From Nitrospinota bacterium (lineage in GTDB: Bacteria; UBA8248), in contig JASLZZ010000006.1 in assembly GCA_030754595.1 (NCBI GenBank), positions 1 to 40,668 of the forward strand: DNA of 40,668 bases. The letters run 5' to 3'. A model generated the notes under the pieces. It searched no databases and had not been told where the DNA came from. It saw only the letters and a program-made list of their open reading frames with translations. Made by a program: the position numbers and the translations under genes. Shown here piece after piece: positions 28,066 to 36,939 of the stretch (positions are counted from its first letter, which is position 1; each line of letters starts with the position of its first letter).

Positions 28066-28284
28066 CTTTGCTCCGCAAAAAAAGATTCCTCATAATACGA
28101 ATGCTTTGGCGAGGTCTATTGATCGAGTTTCGCTCTGACATGACGTGCGTCATGCATATAGCTAAAACGATATGCCGCGTCCTGTACAAACACACGTTCG
28201 AGTCTTAAATTCATGTTTGAATGGGATTTCATTTGATTTCAATAGTATTGAATTTTCAGGGGATCCAATTTTTTCGGAACACAG
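28066..28284. repeat. Motif B inverted pair enclosing about 220 bp (MITE-like)
   Basis: CTTTGCTCCGCAAAAAAAGATTCC ... GGATCCAATTTTTTCGGAACACAG; no target duplication seen. Confidence 0.55.
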
Positions 28285-28338
28285 ACGTTTTTGCAGAACG
28301 CAGATACTGGAAACAGTGATGCAGAAGGAGGCAATCCG

Positions 28339-29232
28339 ATGCGCAAGGAAATTTTCTACTACAGCGACGGCCTCAAGATATCAGCCTATCTCTACCATCC
28401 GAATGACTGGAAGGCGGGCGATCCCCCCCGGCCCGCTGTCATCTGCATCACGGGCTACAGCGGTCGCAAGGATTTGGCCACCATCGACGTACCCGAGCGC
28501 CTGGCGCAGGAGGGCTACTTCACCCTGGCGCCTGACTACCGGGGTTTCGGCCACGCCGAAGGCTTGAAAGGGCGGCACCGCCCTCTGGAACAGGCGCAGG
28601 ACACCTACGACGGCATCACCTTCCTGGAGACGGTGGAGGGGGTGGACCCCGACCGCATTGGGATCTATGGCACCAGCTATGGAGGGGCTCACGCCATCTG
28701 GGTGGCGGCATTCGACGAGCGGGTGAAGGTGGCGATCTCTGCGGTGGGGGTAGGCAACGGGGACAAATGGCTGCGTTCGGTATTCTCCGCCTACGAGTGG
28801 GTCAAACTCAAGGAGAAGGTGCGGGTGGCCGCGCGCGAGCGGGTCCTGACCGGCAAGCGGACCATGGTGCCCCGGACCTACCTGTGCCCGGACGACCCGG
28901 ACAAGCCCAAGCCAAAGCTGATCGAGGAAGTCCACGGCATCGCGGAGGTCAACGAGTATGACCTGGAGAGCGCCGAGGCACTGTTCCGCTACCGGCCCGA
29001 GTGGGTGGCCGGGCGCATCTCCCCCCGGCCGGTGCTGTTCATCTACGGGGAGGACGATGTCATGGTGCCGGCCGAGGATGGTCCCCTGGCCGTCTATGCC
29101 GCATGCGTGGAGCCCAAGAAGCTTGTGCGCATCCCCCACGGCCGACACAACGACATCTACAAGGTCGTCAATCCAGAGTGTTTCGAAAGATGCGTGAAGG
29201 AAACCATCGCCTGGTTCGGAAAGTACCTGTGA
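28339..29232 (+). CDS. Alpha/beta hydrolase (S9/S15-like)
   Basis: DYRGFG, VDPDRIGIYGTSYGG nucleophile elbow, GEDD, RHND; AAGGAGG RBS. Confidence 0.88.
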   Translation: MRKEIFYYSDGLKISAYLYHPNDWKAGDPPRPAVICITGYSGRKDLATIDVPERLAQEGYFTLAPDYRGFGHAEGLKGRHRPLEQAQDTYDGITFLETVEGVDPDRIGIYGTSYGGAHAIWVAAFDERVKVAISAVGVGNGDKWLRSVFSAYEWVKLKEKVRVAARERVLTGKRTMVPRTYLCPDDPDKPKPKLIEEVHGIAEVNEYDLESAEALFRYRPEWVAGRISPRPVLFIYGEDDVMVPAEDGPLAVYAACVEPKKLVRIPHGRHNDIYKVVNPECFERCVKETIAWFGKYL

Positions 29233-29375
29233 ACCTAAAGTTCTCCGCACGCCCCGAATGACTGCGGGATGTCCGATACTGCATAGGCGCCGGATCCGAA
29301 ACGGAGGTATGTCCAGTTGGTCTGGTACTCTCAAAGGAAAGGACAACAAATATCAGGGGCTAGCCATACTTTCTA

Positions 29376-29404
29376 GGTGGGATCCACTTTTTGCGAATCA
29401 CAGG
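29376..29404 (-). repeat. Motif B copy
   Basis: GGTGGGATCCACTTTTTGCGAATCACAGG, 27/29 to 33754-33782. Confidence 0.75.
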
Positions 29405-29501
29405 TAAGCCGTGAAATGGTATATTGTTCCGCATGATTGATAATTGGCAGTATGCTTGGCGGATTCAACGGCGATAGACGATTGAAAGGAAACCCAAAAA
29501 G

Positions 29502-30374
29502 ATGAGTACGCTAAAGCTCGGCCTCCCCAAAGGGAGCCTCCAGGATTCGACAATAGCCCTCTTTGCCAAAGCGGGATACAAGATCTTGATCCGGAGTCGC
29601 TCCTACCGGCCGGAGATAGACGATCCAGAGATCGAATGCTTGATGTTCCGCGCCCAGGAAATTGCCCGCTACGTCGAGCGTGGCATATTGGACGTGGGCC
29701 TTACCGGCGAAGATTGGATTCTGGAAAACCAGGCCGATGTCGTCGAGGTGGATGATTTGGAGTACAGCAAGGCCACGGCAAAACCGTATCGATGGGTCCT
29801 GGCGGTCCCTGAGGAGTCAGACATCAAGACCGTCCAGGATCTGGCGGGAAAACGCATTGCCACCGAACTGGTCCAGGCAACGAAACAGTATTTACAGGGG
29901 CACGGTATATCGGCGGAGGTCGAGTATTCCTGGGGGGCCACGGAGATCAAGGCCCCGCTGTTGGTCGATGCCATCGTCGAGGGTACCGAAACAGGCACTT
30001 CCCTGCGAGCGAACGGGCTCCGAGTAGTGGACGTGGTAGCGGAATCCACGGCAAAGCTGATCGCCAACCACGATGCTTGGGCAGACACCTGGCGGCGCAA
30101 GAAAATCGAAGTGCTCGCGATGCTCCTGAAGGGAGCGCTGCAAGCGTACGCCAAGGTCGGGTTGAAGATGAATGTTCCCAGAACCAAACTAGACGGCGTA
30201 TCGGGCCAGATTCCGGCGCTTCACGCCCCAACAATCTCGAGTCAAATGGATTCGGAATGGGTGGCCATCGAAGTAGTCATTGACGAGCATGCGGTCAGGG
30301 AACTGATACCGAAGCTCCGTCAGACCGGAGCCGAAGGTATTGTCGAGTATCCGTTGAACAAAGTTATCTATTGA
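29502..30374 (+). CDS. hisG: ATP phosphoribosyltransferase, long form
   Basis: [43 protein letters not shown]-terminal regulatory domain ending [12 protein letters not shown]. Confidence 0.95.
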   Translation: MSTLKLGLPKGSLQDSTIALFAKAGYKILIRSRSYRPEIDDPEIECLMFRAQEIARYVERGILDVGLTGEDWILENQADVVEVDDLEYSKATAKPYRWVLAVPEESDIKTVQDLAGKRIATELVQATKQYLQGHGISAEVEYSWGATEIKAPLLVDAIVEGTETGTSLRANGLRVVDVVAESTAKLIANHDAWADTWRRKKIEVLAMLLKGALQAYAKVGLKMNVPRTKLDGVSGQIPALHAPTISSQMDSEWVAIEVVIDEHAVRELIPKLRQTGAEGIVEYPLNKVIY

Positions 30375-30399
30375 AATCCGGCTTGCGCTTGTGGGGGGC

Positions 30400-30490
30400 T
30401 TGTGCTCCGCTAATAACTGTATTTCCTGAAGTAAAATTCATTCGAATCCCGATAATAAGCCTGTCCTCCGCAATAATTGAATCACCTGAA
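30400..30490 (+). repeat. Two tandem motif B copies (30400-30430, 30461-30490)
   Basis: TGTGCTCCGCTAATAACTGTATTTCCTGAA and CTGTCCTCCGCAATAATTGAATCACCTGAA. Confidence 0.65.
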
Positions 30491-30569
30491 ATTTCAGTGC
30501 TTTTGAAATCTGAAAAAAACCCTTTCAATCAGGAATTTAAGACTCGTTCATGTATTAGGACAGGACGGA

Positions 30570-31187
30570 CTAGTAGAGGTGCTCCTTGTGCTTCTTGGCG
30601 GTTTGTCGATCGATCTCGGCGGGATCGAGACCGCCGCCGAACCGATCTGCGTAAATCTCACCGATGCTGGGGAAAGATTTCCGATCGATGTGCCGATCCG
30701 CCTCCCAGAGCTTCGAGCGGATCATGGACTTGGCGCAGTGCATGTAGACTTCGTCGATCTCGACGATCATGCCCTGTTTCGGCGCCCGGCCGTTCACCGC
30801 GCAAGGGGCGAGCAGCGCCTCGTCGGTGATGATGCGCGCGTGGCCGTTGACCCGGAGGGTTTCGTTCATTCCCGGCACGAGGAAGAAAATTCCGACGTGG
30901 GGATTGATGAGCAGGTTGCGGAACGTGTCCACGCGGTTGTTGCCGATGCGGTCCGGGATAAGAAGGGTTTTGTCGTCGAGCGCTTTCACGAATCCGGGCG
31001 GGTCGCCCTTGGGCGAGGCGTCGGCCCCGGTTTCGGTGGCGGTGGCCATGACGATGAAAGGGCAAAGGGAGATGAAGTGGCGCGAGTGCCTGTCGAGCCG
31101 GGGCATTTCCTTGATGGCCGCCCGCCCTTCGGGATATCCCATGTGGCTTCTCAACTCATCCTCGTTCTCGATAGTCATTTCGGGCAT
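30570..31187 (-). CDS. Pyridoxamine 5'-phosphate oxidase-like FMN-binding protein
   Basis: DASPKGDPPGFV, PDRIGNNRVD, FLVPGMNETLRVNG, YMHCAKSMIRSKLW. Confidence 0.88.
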   Translation of the reverse strand: MPEMTIENEDELRSHMGYPEGRAAIKEMPRLDRHSRHFISLCPFIVMATATETGADASPKGDPPGFVKALDDKTLLIPDRIGNNRVDTFRNLLINPHVGIFFLVPGMNETLRVNGHARIITDEALLAPCAVNGRAPKQGMIVEIDEVYMHCAKSMIRSKLWEADRHIDRKSFPSIGEIYADRFGGGLDPAEIDRQTAKKHKEHLY

Positions 31188-31265
31188 CCCTTCATTCCTC
31201 CCTCGGGCCAGCGGACCTTTTCCTGGTCAATTCAATTCTATCACTTATTGTGTCTCTAATTGCCT

Positions 31266-31343
31266 AGGCATGGCGAATAAAGAATTCTACCTGAAATTAA
31301 TTATTTCCTCGCGTGCATGACGAATAACCAATTCGCCATACGC
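31266..31343. repeat. Two motif P copies (half-degenerate 31266-31296, full 31313-31343)
   Basis: GGCATGGCGAAT-AAAGA-ATTC.. and GTGCATGACGAAT-AACCA-ATTCGCCATACGC. Confidence 0.65.
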
Positions 31344-31345
31344 AA

Positions 31346-32266
31346 CTAGTTTTCTAGAAGCGAAAGCAGCTCCGCGCCGAATTTATATCGATAGCTTTCC
31401 ATTAAGGGCGCCACTGACCTTTCAAAAGTATTTCGCTCATCCGAGTTAAGCGCAACGACCTCATTGCCTTCGGCCTCGAGCTTAGCCAAAACAAGTTCGT
31501 CTTGCTCGCACGCCAATTGCCTCTAAAACGTTGTCGCTTTACCTGCCGCCTGGATGACTGATTTTTGAACTTCCAGGGGCCAGCTTTCAAACATCTTGCG
31601 ATTGCACAAAAGTAAACTCACTCCAAAGAAATGACCGCTCAGAGTGATGTGATGGTGATGTTTGTGAATATCGAAAATATAAATGCTTGTGAGCAGGTTA
31701 TCCTGAGCCTGAACGCGATCCGTCTCAATGGTTTCGAGAAATGACTTGATGTCGATGGGCCTTGGTTCAAATCCAAAGGCCCGAAACACTTCGCCGTGCA
31801 GAGCGCTCATTTGCGTCCGTATCGTTATGCCTTGGCAATCTGCAGTAGTGCGAATCGGTCGGACAGAATTGGATATGTTCCGAAAACCATTGTCCCAAAA
31901 TCCGAGAACCTTAAACGGCGTTGACTCTTCAATATGTTCCTTGAAGTAGCTGCCAAGCGCCCCTTCCAATGCGTCAAACAAAGAAGCCCGATCTTTAATA
32001 AGAAATGGCAATTCGAATATCGCAATTTCAGGAATGGCTTCGGAGAAGCGCACAGTCGACATATAGCAAAGGTCCAATTCACCCGATGCGACCATATTTG
32101 GGAGTTCACCGGAATTAAGACCGCGAGCCAGGATACTTTCTTCAAGGTCAAATTCTATAGGTAAGTCTTCCTGGTCCAGCAATTCCGCGCCAAAAAAACG
32201 GGCCGCCGCAGTATGGATTGAATCCGGTCCTTGGTAGCCACCAAACCTCATTTTAAAATTTTCCAT
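31346..32266 (-). pseudogene. dctP: TRAP substrate-binding protein DctP with an in-frame TAG at 31523-31525
   Basis: FELPFL, WDNGFRNI, PIRT..D..G..IR, AQDN; the frame continues past TAG as RQLACEQDELVLAKLEAEGNEVVAL..ERNTF to a stop at 31346. Confidence 0.8.
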
Positions 32267-32389
32267 CCTCTCTTATAGACTTTCAACAAAAATATCACCA
32301 GCATCAACTTGCGAACCACTGTTTCGCAGGATGATATAGACTGCTGTTTTTATATGAAATGTCGCTAATGAAATCTGGAGAAAACCAAT

Positions 32390-33541
32390 ATGTCCATTCC
32401 ACACATCCTGCGCCGCGTCATGGTTCTGGAAGACCTGGCGCCGTTTGCCCGCTCTTTTTTACCGCGTGCCTTGTGGGAGTTTGGATCGAAGGGCACAGAA
32501 GCGAATCTGTCTCGCGAGGGCAATCGCCAGGCCTTTGATGAAATTTGGCTCCGCCCCCGGATTCTTAACGATGTTACCGGACGATCGATGGAAAAAGCCC
32601 TGTTTGGCAAATCCTACGATACACCCTTTGGCATTTCGCCCATGGGGGCCTCTGCGATGTTCGGCTTCGAGGCCGATCTGAATTTCGCGCGTGCGGCCCG
32701 GGCAACGAACATTCCGTATGTAATGAGTGCCAGCGCCCTGATCCCGATGGAACGGATTGCCGAAGCTAACCCCGATGTCTGGTTCCAGGCCTATGTGACC
32801 GCCGAGCGAGACGCCATCAGCGAACTTACCGATCGGGTCTGGGAGGCTGGCATCTGTCATCTGGTCATCACGGTCGATGTTCCCGTGCCGGGTAACCGAA
32901 GAGCCGGCTTAAGGGCGGGCTTTGAATATCCGATCCGGCCTGGATTGCGTATTGCGCTGGATGGATTGACACACCCCCGCTGGTTGGTAGGCACCTTTCT
33001 GCGCACCCTTATGGCCAGTGGTATGCCGCATATTGAAAATTACGGGAAGGAGCGTGGCATTCCAATTATCTCACGCAGTGCACCACAAAGACCCCATGTT
33101 CGCGACGCCTTAGACTGGGACGATCTGAAATGGCTGCGGGAAAAATGGCAGGGCAAGCTCTTGATTAAAGGCGTGCTGTCTCCCGAGGACGCCAATATAG
33201 CTGCGAGGATTGGCCTCGATGGCCTTTTCGTCTCAAACCACGGCGGACGGCAACTCGATACCGCAATACCACCCCTGAAAGTACTCCCGGAAATCGCCGC
33301 CGAAAAAAGCAACATGGCGATCCTCTTTGACAGCGGCATTCGTCGCGGCACCGATGTCATTAAGGCCTTGGCGTTGGGCGCCGACTTTGTCTTCGCTGGC
33401 CGGCCTTTTCTGTATGCGGCGGCCCTCGGCGAAGAAGCGGGCGTCACCCACGCGATCAACCTGCTCAGCGAGGAGGTCTATCGCAATATAGCTCAGTTGG
33501 GATGCAACAATTTGGACGATCTCGCTTCGCGCCTCGACTAA
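32390..33541 (+). CDS. FMN-dependent alpha-hydroxy acid oxidase/dehydrogenase
   Basis: LRPRIL, PFGISPMG, WFQAY, TVDVP, LIKG, SNHGGRQLD, DSGIRRGTDVIKALALGA. Confidence 0.92.
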   Translation: MSIPHILRRVMVLEDLAPFARSFLPRALWEFGSKGTEANLSREGNRQAFDEIWLRPRILNDVTGRSMEKALFGKSYDTPFGISPMGASAMFGFEADLNFARAARATNIPYVMSASALIPMERIAEANPDVWFQAYVTAERDAISELTDRVWEAGICHLVITVDVPVPGNRRAGLRAGFEYPIRPGLRIALDGLTHPRWLVGTFLRTLMASGMPHIENYGKERGIPIISRSAPQRPHVRDALDWDDLKWLREKWQGKLLIKGVLSPEDANIAARIGLDGLFVSNHGGRQLDTAIPPLKVLPEIAAEKSNMAILFDSGIRRGTDVIKALALGADFVFAGRPFLYAAALGEEAGVTHAINLLSEEVYRNIAQLGCNNLDDLASRLD

Positions 33542-33557
33542 TCATCGAATAGACCTG

Positions 33558-33782
33558 TTGTCCTCCGCAAAATTCCGTCCCCGCTCATGCTGCCAGGGGA
33601 ATTAGACTGTCAATCCGCCTCGGCCACGTGTGAGCAAAAAAATAAGTGAAAAGAGATCGATGACTACTTGAAATAGCGCTTGGGCGATGTCCGTGGCGGC
33701 AATTTTACCGCGCTCGGGTTCCATCGTGCGGCCTTCCGATGAAATTCAGTCAAGGTGGGATCCACTTTTTGCGGAGCACAGG
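33558..33782. repeat. Motif B inverted pair enclosing about 225 bp
   Basis: TTGTCCTCCGCAAAA ... GGTGGGATCCACTTTTTGCGGAGCACAGG. Confidence 0.55.
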
Positions 33783-33805
33783 ATTCATTCCCGAAAATGG
33801 AGCAG

Positions 33806-33874
33806 GGAATTATCAGGGAAACGGGATCTAGCCAGCTCCCATCTCTTCACAATTAGGAATGCGCCATGCACGGG
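33806..33874 (+). repeat. About 68 bp repeat (motif C ... motif P half)
   Basis: GGAATTATCAGGGAAAC..GCTCCCATCTCTTCACAATTAGGAATGCGCCATGCAC, colinear with 24678-24746. Confidence 0.75.
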
Positions 33875-34019
33875 CGTTACCCGATGAAGCGAGCCTAAGG
33901 AAGCCAGATTCCCATAGGGGGTGGTACGACAATTGGGAACAAGTTAGTCTTTTGTAGGCGTGCCGGGCGAGGGGGCCCGGCCGAGGAAAATCGCCATCGC
34001 CATGAGGAAGGAGGGATCC

Positions 34020-35090
34020 ATGCCAGCCATCGCCCAAACCATGAAGGCCGTCGTGACGCACGGGACCGAAGACGCGCGGATCGAGCAGATTCCCGTGCCC
34101 GAGTACGAGCCCGACAATGTGCTCGTGAAGGTGGCGGTCTGCGGCATCTGCGGCACCGACGACCATCTCCTTGCCGGGAAGCTGAGGCCCATGTGGCCTC
34201 CGTACTACCCCTTCGTCCAAGGGCACGAGTGGGGCGGGACGGTCGTCGCGATTGGCGGCGAGGCCCGCACGGACCTCCAGGTGGGCGACCGGGTCGCGAT
34301 GGAACCCACGGTCGCGTGTGCTACCTGCAAGATGTGCATTCAAGGCGATTATCACCTTTGCGAAAACTCCGACGTTCCCGACAGCGGCTATAAACTATTG
34401 GGTCACACGGTGGACGGCGCCTTCAGCGAATACGGCGCGGCGCCCCCGAAGAACCTGCACCGGATTCCCGACTCCATGGGCTGGGAGGGAGCCGTCGTCG
34501 CCAACCACGCGGCCCTCGCCGTCCACGCCTTCGACCAAGGCAGGATCGAGCCCGCCGACACGGTGGCCGTAATCGGCCCCGGGGTGCTGGGACTTATGGT
34601 CCTCCAGGTCGCCAAGGCGCTCGGGGCCTCGAAGACATTCATTGCGGGGCGCGGCTACCGCCTCGACATCGCCCGCGAGCTGGGGGCCGATGTCGTCATC
34701 GACGTGACGAAAGAAGATCCCGCCAAGGTCGTCATGGAGGAAACCGGCGGGCGCGGCGTGGACCTATCCTGCGAGTGCGCCGGGCCGGTCGAGGCGATGC
34801 AGCAGGCCCTCGCCGTGGTGCGCCGGGGCGGCCGCGTCGTGCTTCAGGGGGTCAGCGGCGGCATGGAGGTTCCCTTCACGACCGACCGCATAGTGCTCGA
34901 TGAGATTTCGATTTATGGCGCGCGCGGCTGCCCGAACTGTTACCCCCGGGGCATCCAGCTCATCGCCGACGGTCACATCCGGGTGGACAAGCTGGTCACC
35001 CATTCGTATCCCCTCGACCAGTTCCACGAAGCCATGCGAATGTTCCGGGCGCGAGAGGACGGGGCGGTACGGGTCGTGCTCTGCCCCTGA
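34020..35090 (+). CDS. Zn-dependent alcohol dehydrogenase (MDR; sorbitol/threonine dehydrogenase-like)
   Basis: GICGTD, GHEWGG, CATCKMC..C structural Zn site, GPGVLG. Confidence 0.92.
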   Translation: MPAIAQTMKAVVTHGTEDARIEQIPVPEYEPDNVLVKVAVCGICGTDDHLLAGKLRPMWPPYYPFVQGHEWGGTVVAIGGEARTDLQVGDRVAMEPTVACATCKMCIQGDYHLCENSDVPDSGYKLLGHTVDGAFSEYGAAPPKNLHRIPDSMGWEGAVVANHAALAVHAFDQGRIEPADTVAVIGPGVLGLMVLQVAKALGASKTFIAGRGYRLDIARELGADVVIDVTKEDPAKVVMEETGGRGVDLSCECAGPVEAMQQALAVVRRGGRVVLQGVSGGMEVPFTTDRIVLDEISIYGARGCPNCYPRGIQLIADGHIRVDKLVTHSYPLDQFHEAMRMFRAREDGAVRVVLCP

Positions 35091-35222
35091 GGACGCGCGG
35101 GCAAGGGCCAGGGAGATTGGGCTTTACAGCCTATCCTCCGTGGGGAAATAGGAATTTATTTAGGATATCCAGATTAAGATCAAATTATCCGGCATGAATG
35201 AGTTTCCTTATTCGCTATCTAT

Positions 35223-36401
35223 CTAAGTCAGCTTTTCGGCGGCCATGAGTGTGTTGACCGTGCCGGCCGCCAGGTGGGTGAGCACGCTCGCGTCGCGCAT
35301 GAGTTTTTCGACGGGGGCATCTTTCATGACGCCCATTCCTCCGAAAATCTCGACCGCGTCCCGAGTGACCCTCTGCGCCACCTCGGTGACGAAGACCTTC
35401 ATGAGCTGCTTGGACGCCGAATCCCCCTCGACGCCCCCATCCAGGCAGTCCTCAACCACCTTGAAGTAGTAGCTCCGGCCCGCCTCAAGGCGCATGTACA
35501 TGTCGGCCAGCTTGAGCTTCACCGCCTGGTGCTCGATGATGATTTTGCCCCCCTGGAAGCGGTTCCGGGCGTGCTCGATTGCGTGCTCGTAGGCCGCCTG
35601 CGCGATTCCCAGAAGGTTCCCGGCGAGTTCGATGTCGTTGAACCCCGAAACAAACTCCCACCGAAAATCCAGTCCCTTGTTCACTCCCATCAGGATGTTC
35701 GCGTCTGGAACGCGGCAGTCCTCGAAGATGAGCTCGGCGTTCTGATAAAAACGCCAGCCGATTTTGTTGTGCCTGCGGCCGATGGTGAAGCCCGGCGTGT
35801 CCTTTGGAACCAGGAACAGGGTGGTTCCCTCTTTGATGGAAGTGTCGAGGTTGGTGCGGGTGAACACGACGTAAAGGCTGGCCACCCCGCCGTTGGCGAT
35901 GAATTGCTTCATGCCGTTCAGGATCCACTCGTCGCCGCCCCGGACGGCGGACATCTTGTAGCCCGCCTTTGGGTAGTCGGGAGGAGGATAGCGATTGTCG
36001 AACCCCGCGTCGGGCTCGGTCTGGGCCGTGGAGAGCAAATAATCATCGTTCTCCATGAATTGGGGCAAAAAGCGCTCGCGCTGCTCATCGTTGGCAATCG
36101 TGGTGAGAAACGGCGTGAACTTCCAGTTCTGGGTGAAGGTCTTGCATATGGCGCCGTCCCCGCGGGCCAACTCCAGGATCACCAGGGCCTGGCCCATCAG
36201 GTCCACGCCCGGGCCGCCGAAGCGCTCCGGGACGGCGAGGGTGCGAAGCCCCAGGGCCGAGCCCTTTTTGATGATCTCCCAGTCGAAGACATCCTTGGGG
36301 TCGGGGATAAGGTCCCGCTCGGCCGAGATGGGTCTAATTTCCTTCTCGGCGAAATCGCGCGCCATCTGCTGTAGTGCTTTGTGCTCGTCGGTGACTTGCA
36401 T
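35223..36401 (-). CDS. Acyl-CoA dehydrogenase family protein (divergent)
   Basis: VPERFGG, TEPDAG, LNGMKQFIANG, KIGWR, ELIFEDCRVP, RFQGGK, IFGGMG, EKLMRDA. Confidence 0.9.
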   Translation of the reverse strand: MQVTDEHKALQQMARDFAEKEIRPISAERDLIPDPKDVFDWEIIKKGSALGLRTLAVPERFGGPGVDLMGQALVILELARGDGAICKTFTQNWKFTPFLTTIANDEQRERFLPQFMENDDYLLSTAQTEPDAGFDNRYPPPDYPKAGYKMSAVRGGDEWILNGMKQFIANGGVASLYVVFTRTNLDTSIKEGTTLFLVPKDTPGFTIGRRHNKIGWRFYQNAELIFEDCRVPDANILMGVNKGLDFRWEFVSGFNDIELAGNLLGIAQAAYEHAIEHARNRFQGGKIIIEHQAVKLKLADMYMRLEAGRSYYFKVVEDCLDGGVEGDSASKQLMKVFVTEVAQRVTRDAVEIFGGMGVMKDAPVEKLMRDASVLTHLAAGTVNTLMAAEKLT

Positions 36402-36485
36402 TAAAAAAATCCCCCCTGTGTCGCTCGACCCCTCCAGTAAGGCAGTCAACAACCCCGGCCCGGTGTCTGCCTTTAACTTGACTTA

Positions 36486-36585
36486 TAATCCGGAATTATA
36501 TGGCAATGCTCTTTAATTATCAAATTCCGACCTTTTTTTCCTTTGTAAGCGTCGTTTCCCGCCGTGAAGTCCATCAAGTGCGCTG
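36486..36585 (-). promoter_or_regulatory. Motif A module, copy 4
   Basis: Minus strand TTGATA(36523-18)-17 nt-TATAAT(36500-36495), pointing at the acyl-CoA dehydrogenase gene. Confidence 0.7.
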
Positions 36586-36939
36586 AAAGATACCTCAGAG
36601 GAGCGGCTCCTACTCCCGCGATTCAGGTCCCTAGGGGCCGCCCCGTACCCAAAATGGGGGCATGTCCTGCCAACACTCATACTCTCATTAAATCCGAGGC
36701 AAACTTGGTTCTAAATCAGAACCTCCAGTATTACATGGAGGGAAGGAAGGGCAAGTGACTTTAAGCAAAAGATTTTATAGTATGGTGATCGTAATCGAAA
36801 AAAAGGGCGGACGATGCGGCATATTATAATTCGTCAAATTCGGTTTTATCTCCCTATACTGAGACTGGCAGGGAGTTAGAGAGCGTGCGTGTGTGTGCTT
36901 AGAAGTTTCCCGGGAAGTGCCAAAGAAGAGGAGTTCGAC

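Noticed and set aside
29444..29460. Sigma54 promoter upstream of hisG (TGGCAG-N5-TTGG)
   Set aside because: The -12 element lacks the invariant GC.
31523..31525. Pyrrolysine or stop-codon reassignment
   Set aside because: TAG is used as a normal stop by several genes here and no pyl genes are in the window; a single CAG-to-TAG change explains it.
3756..36939. Classical integron cassette array
   Set aside because: No intI; the repeats lack RYYYAAC/GTTRRRY attC cores; genes lie in both orientations.
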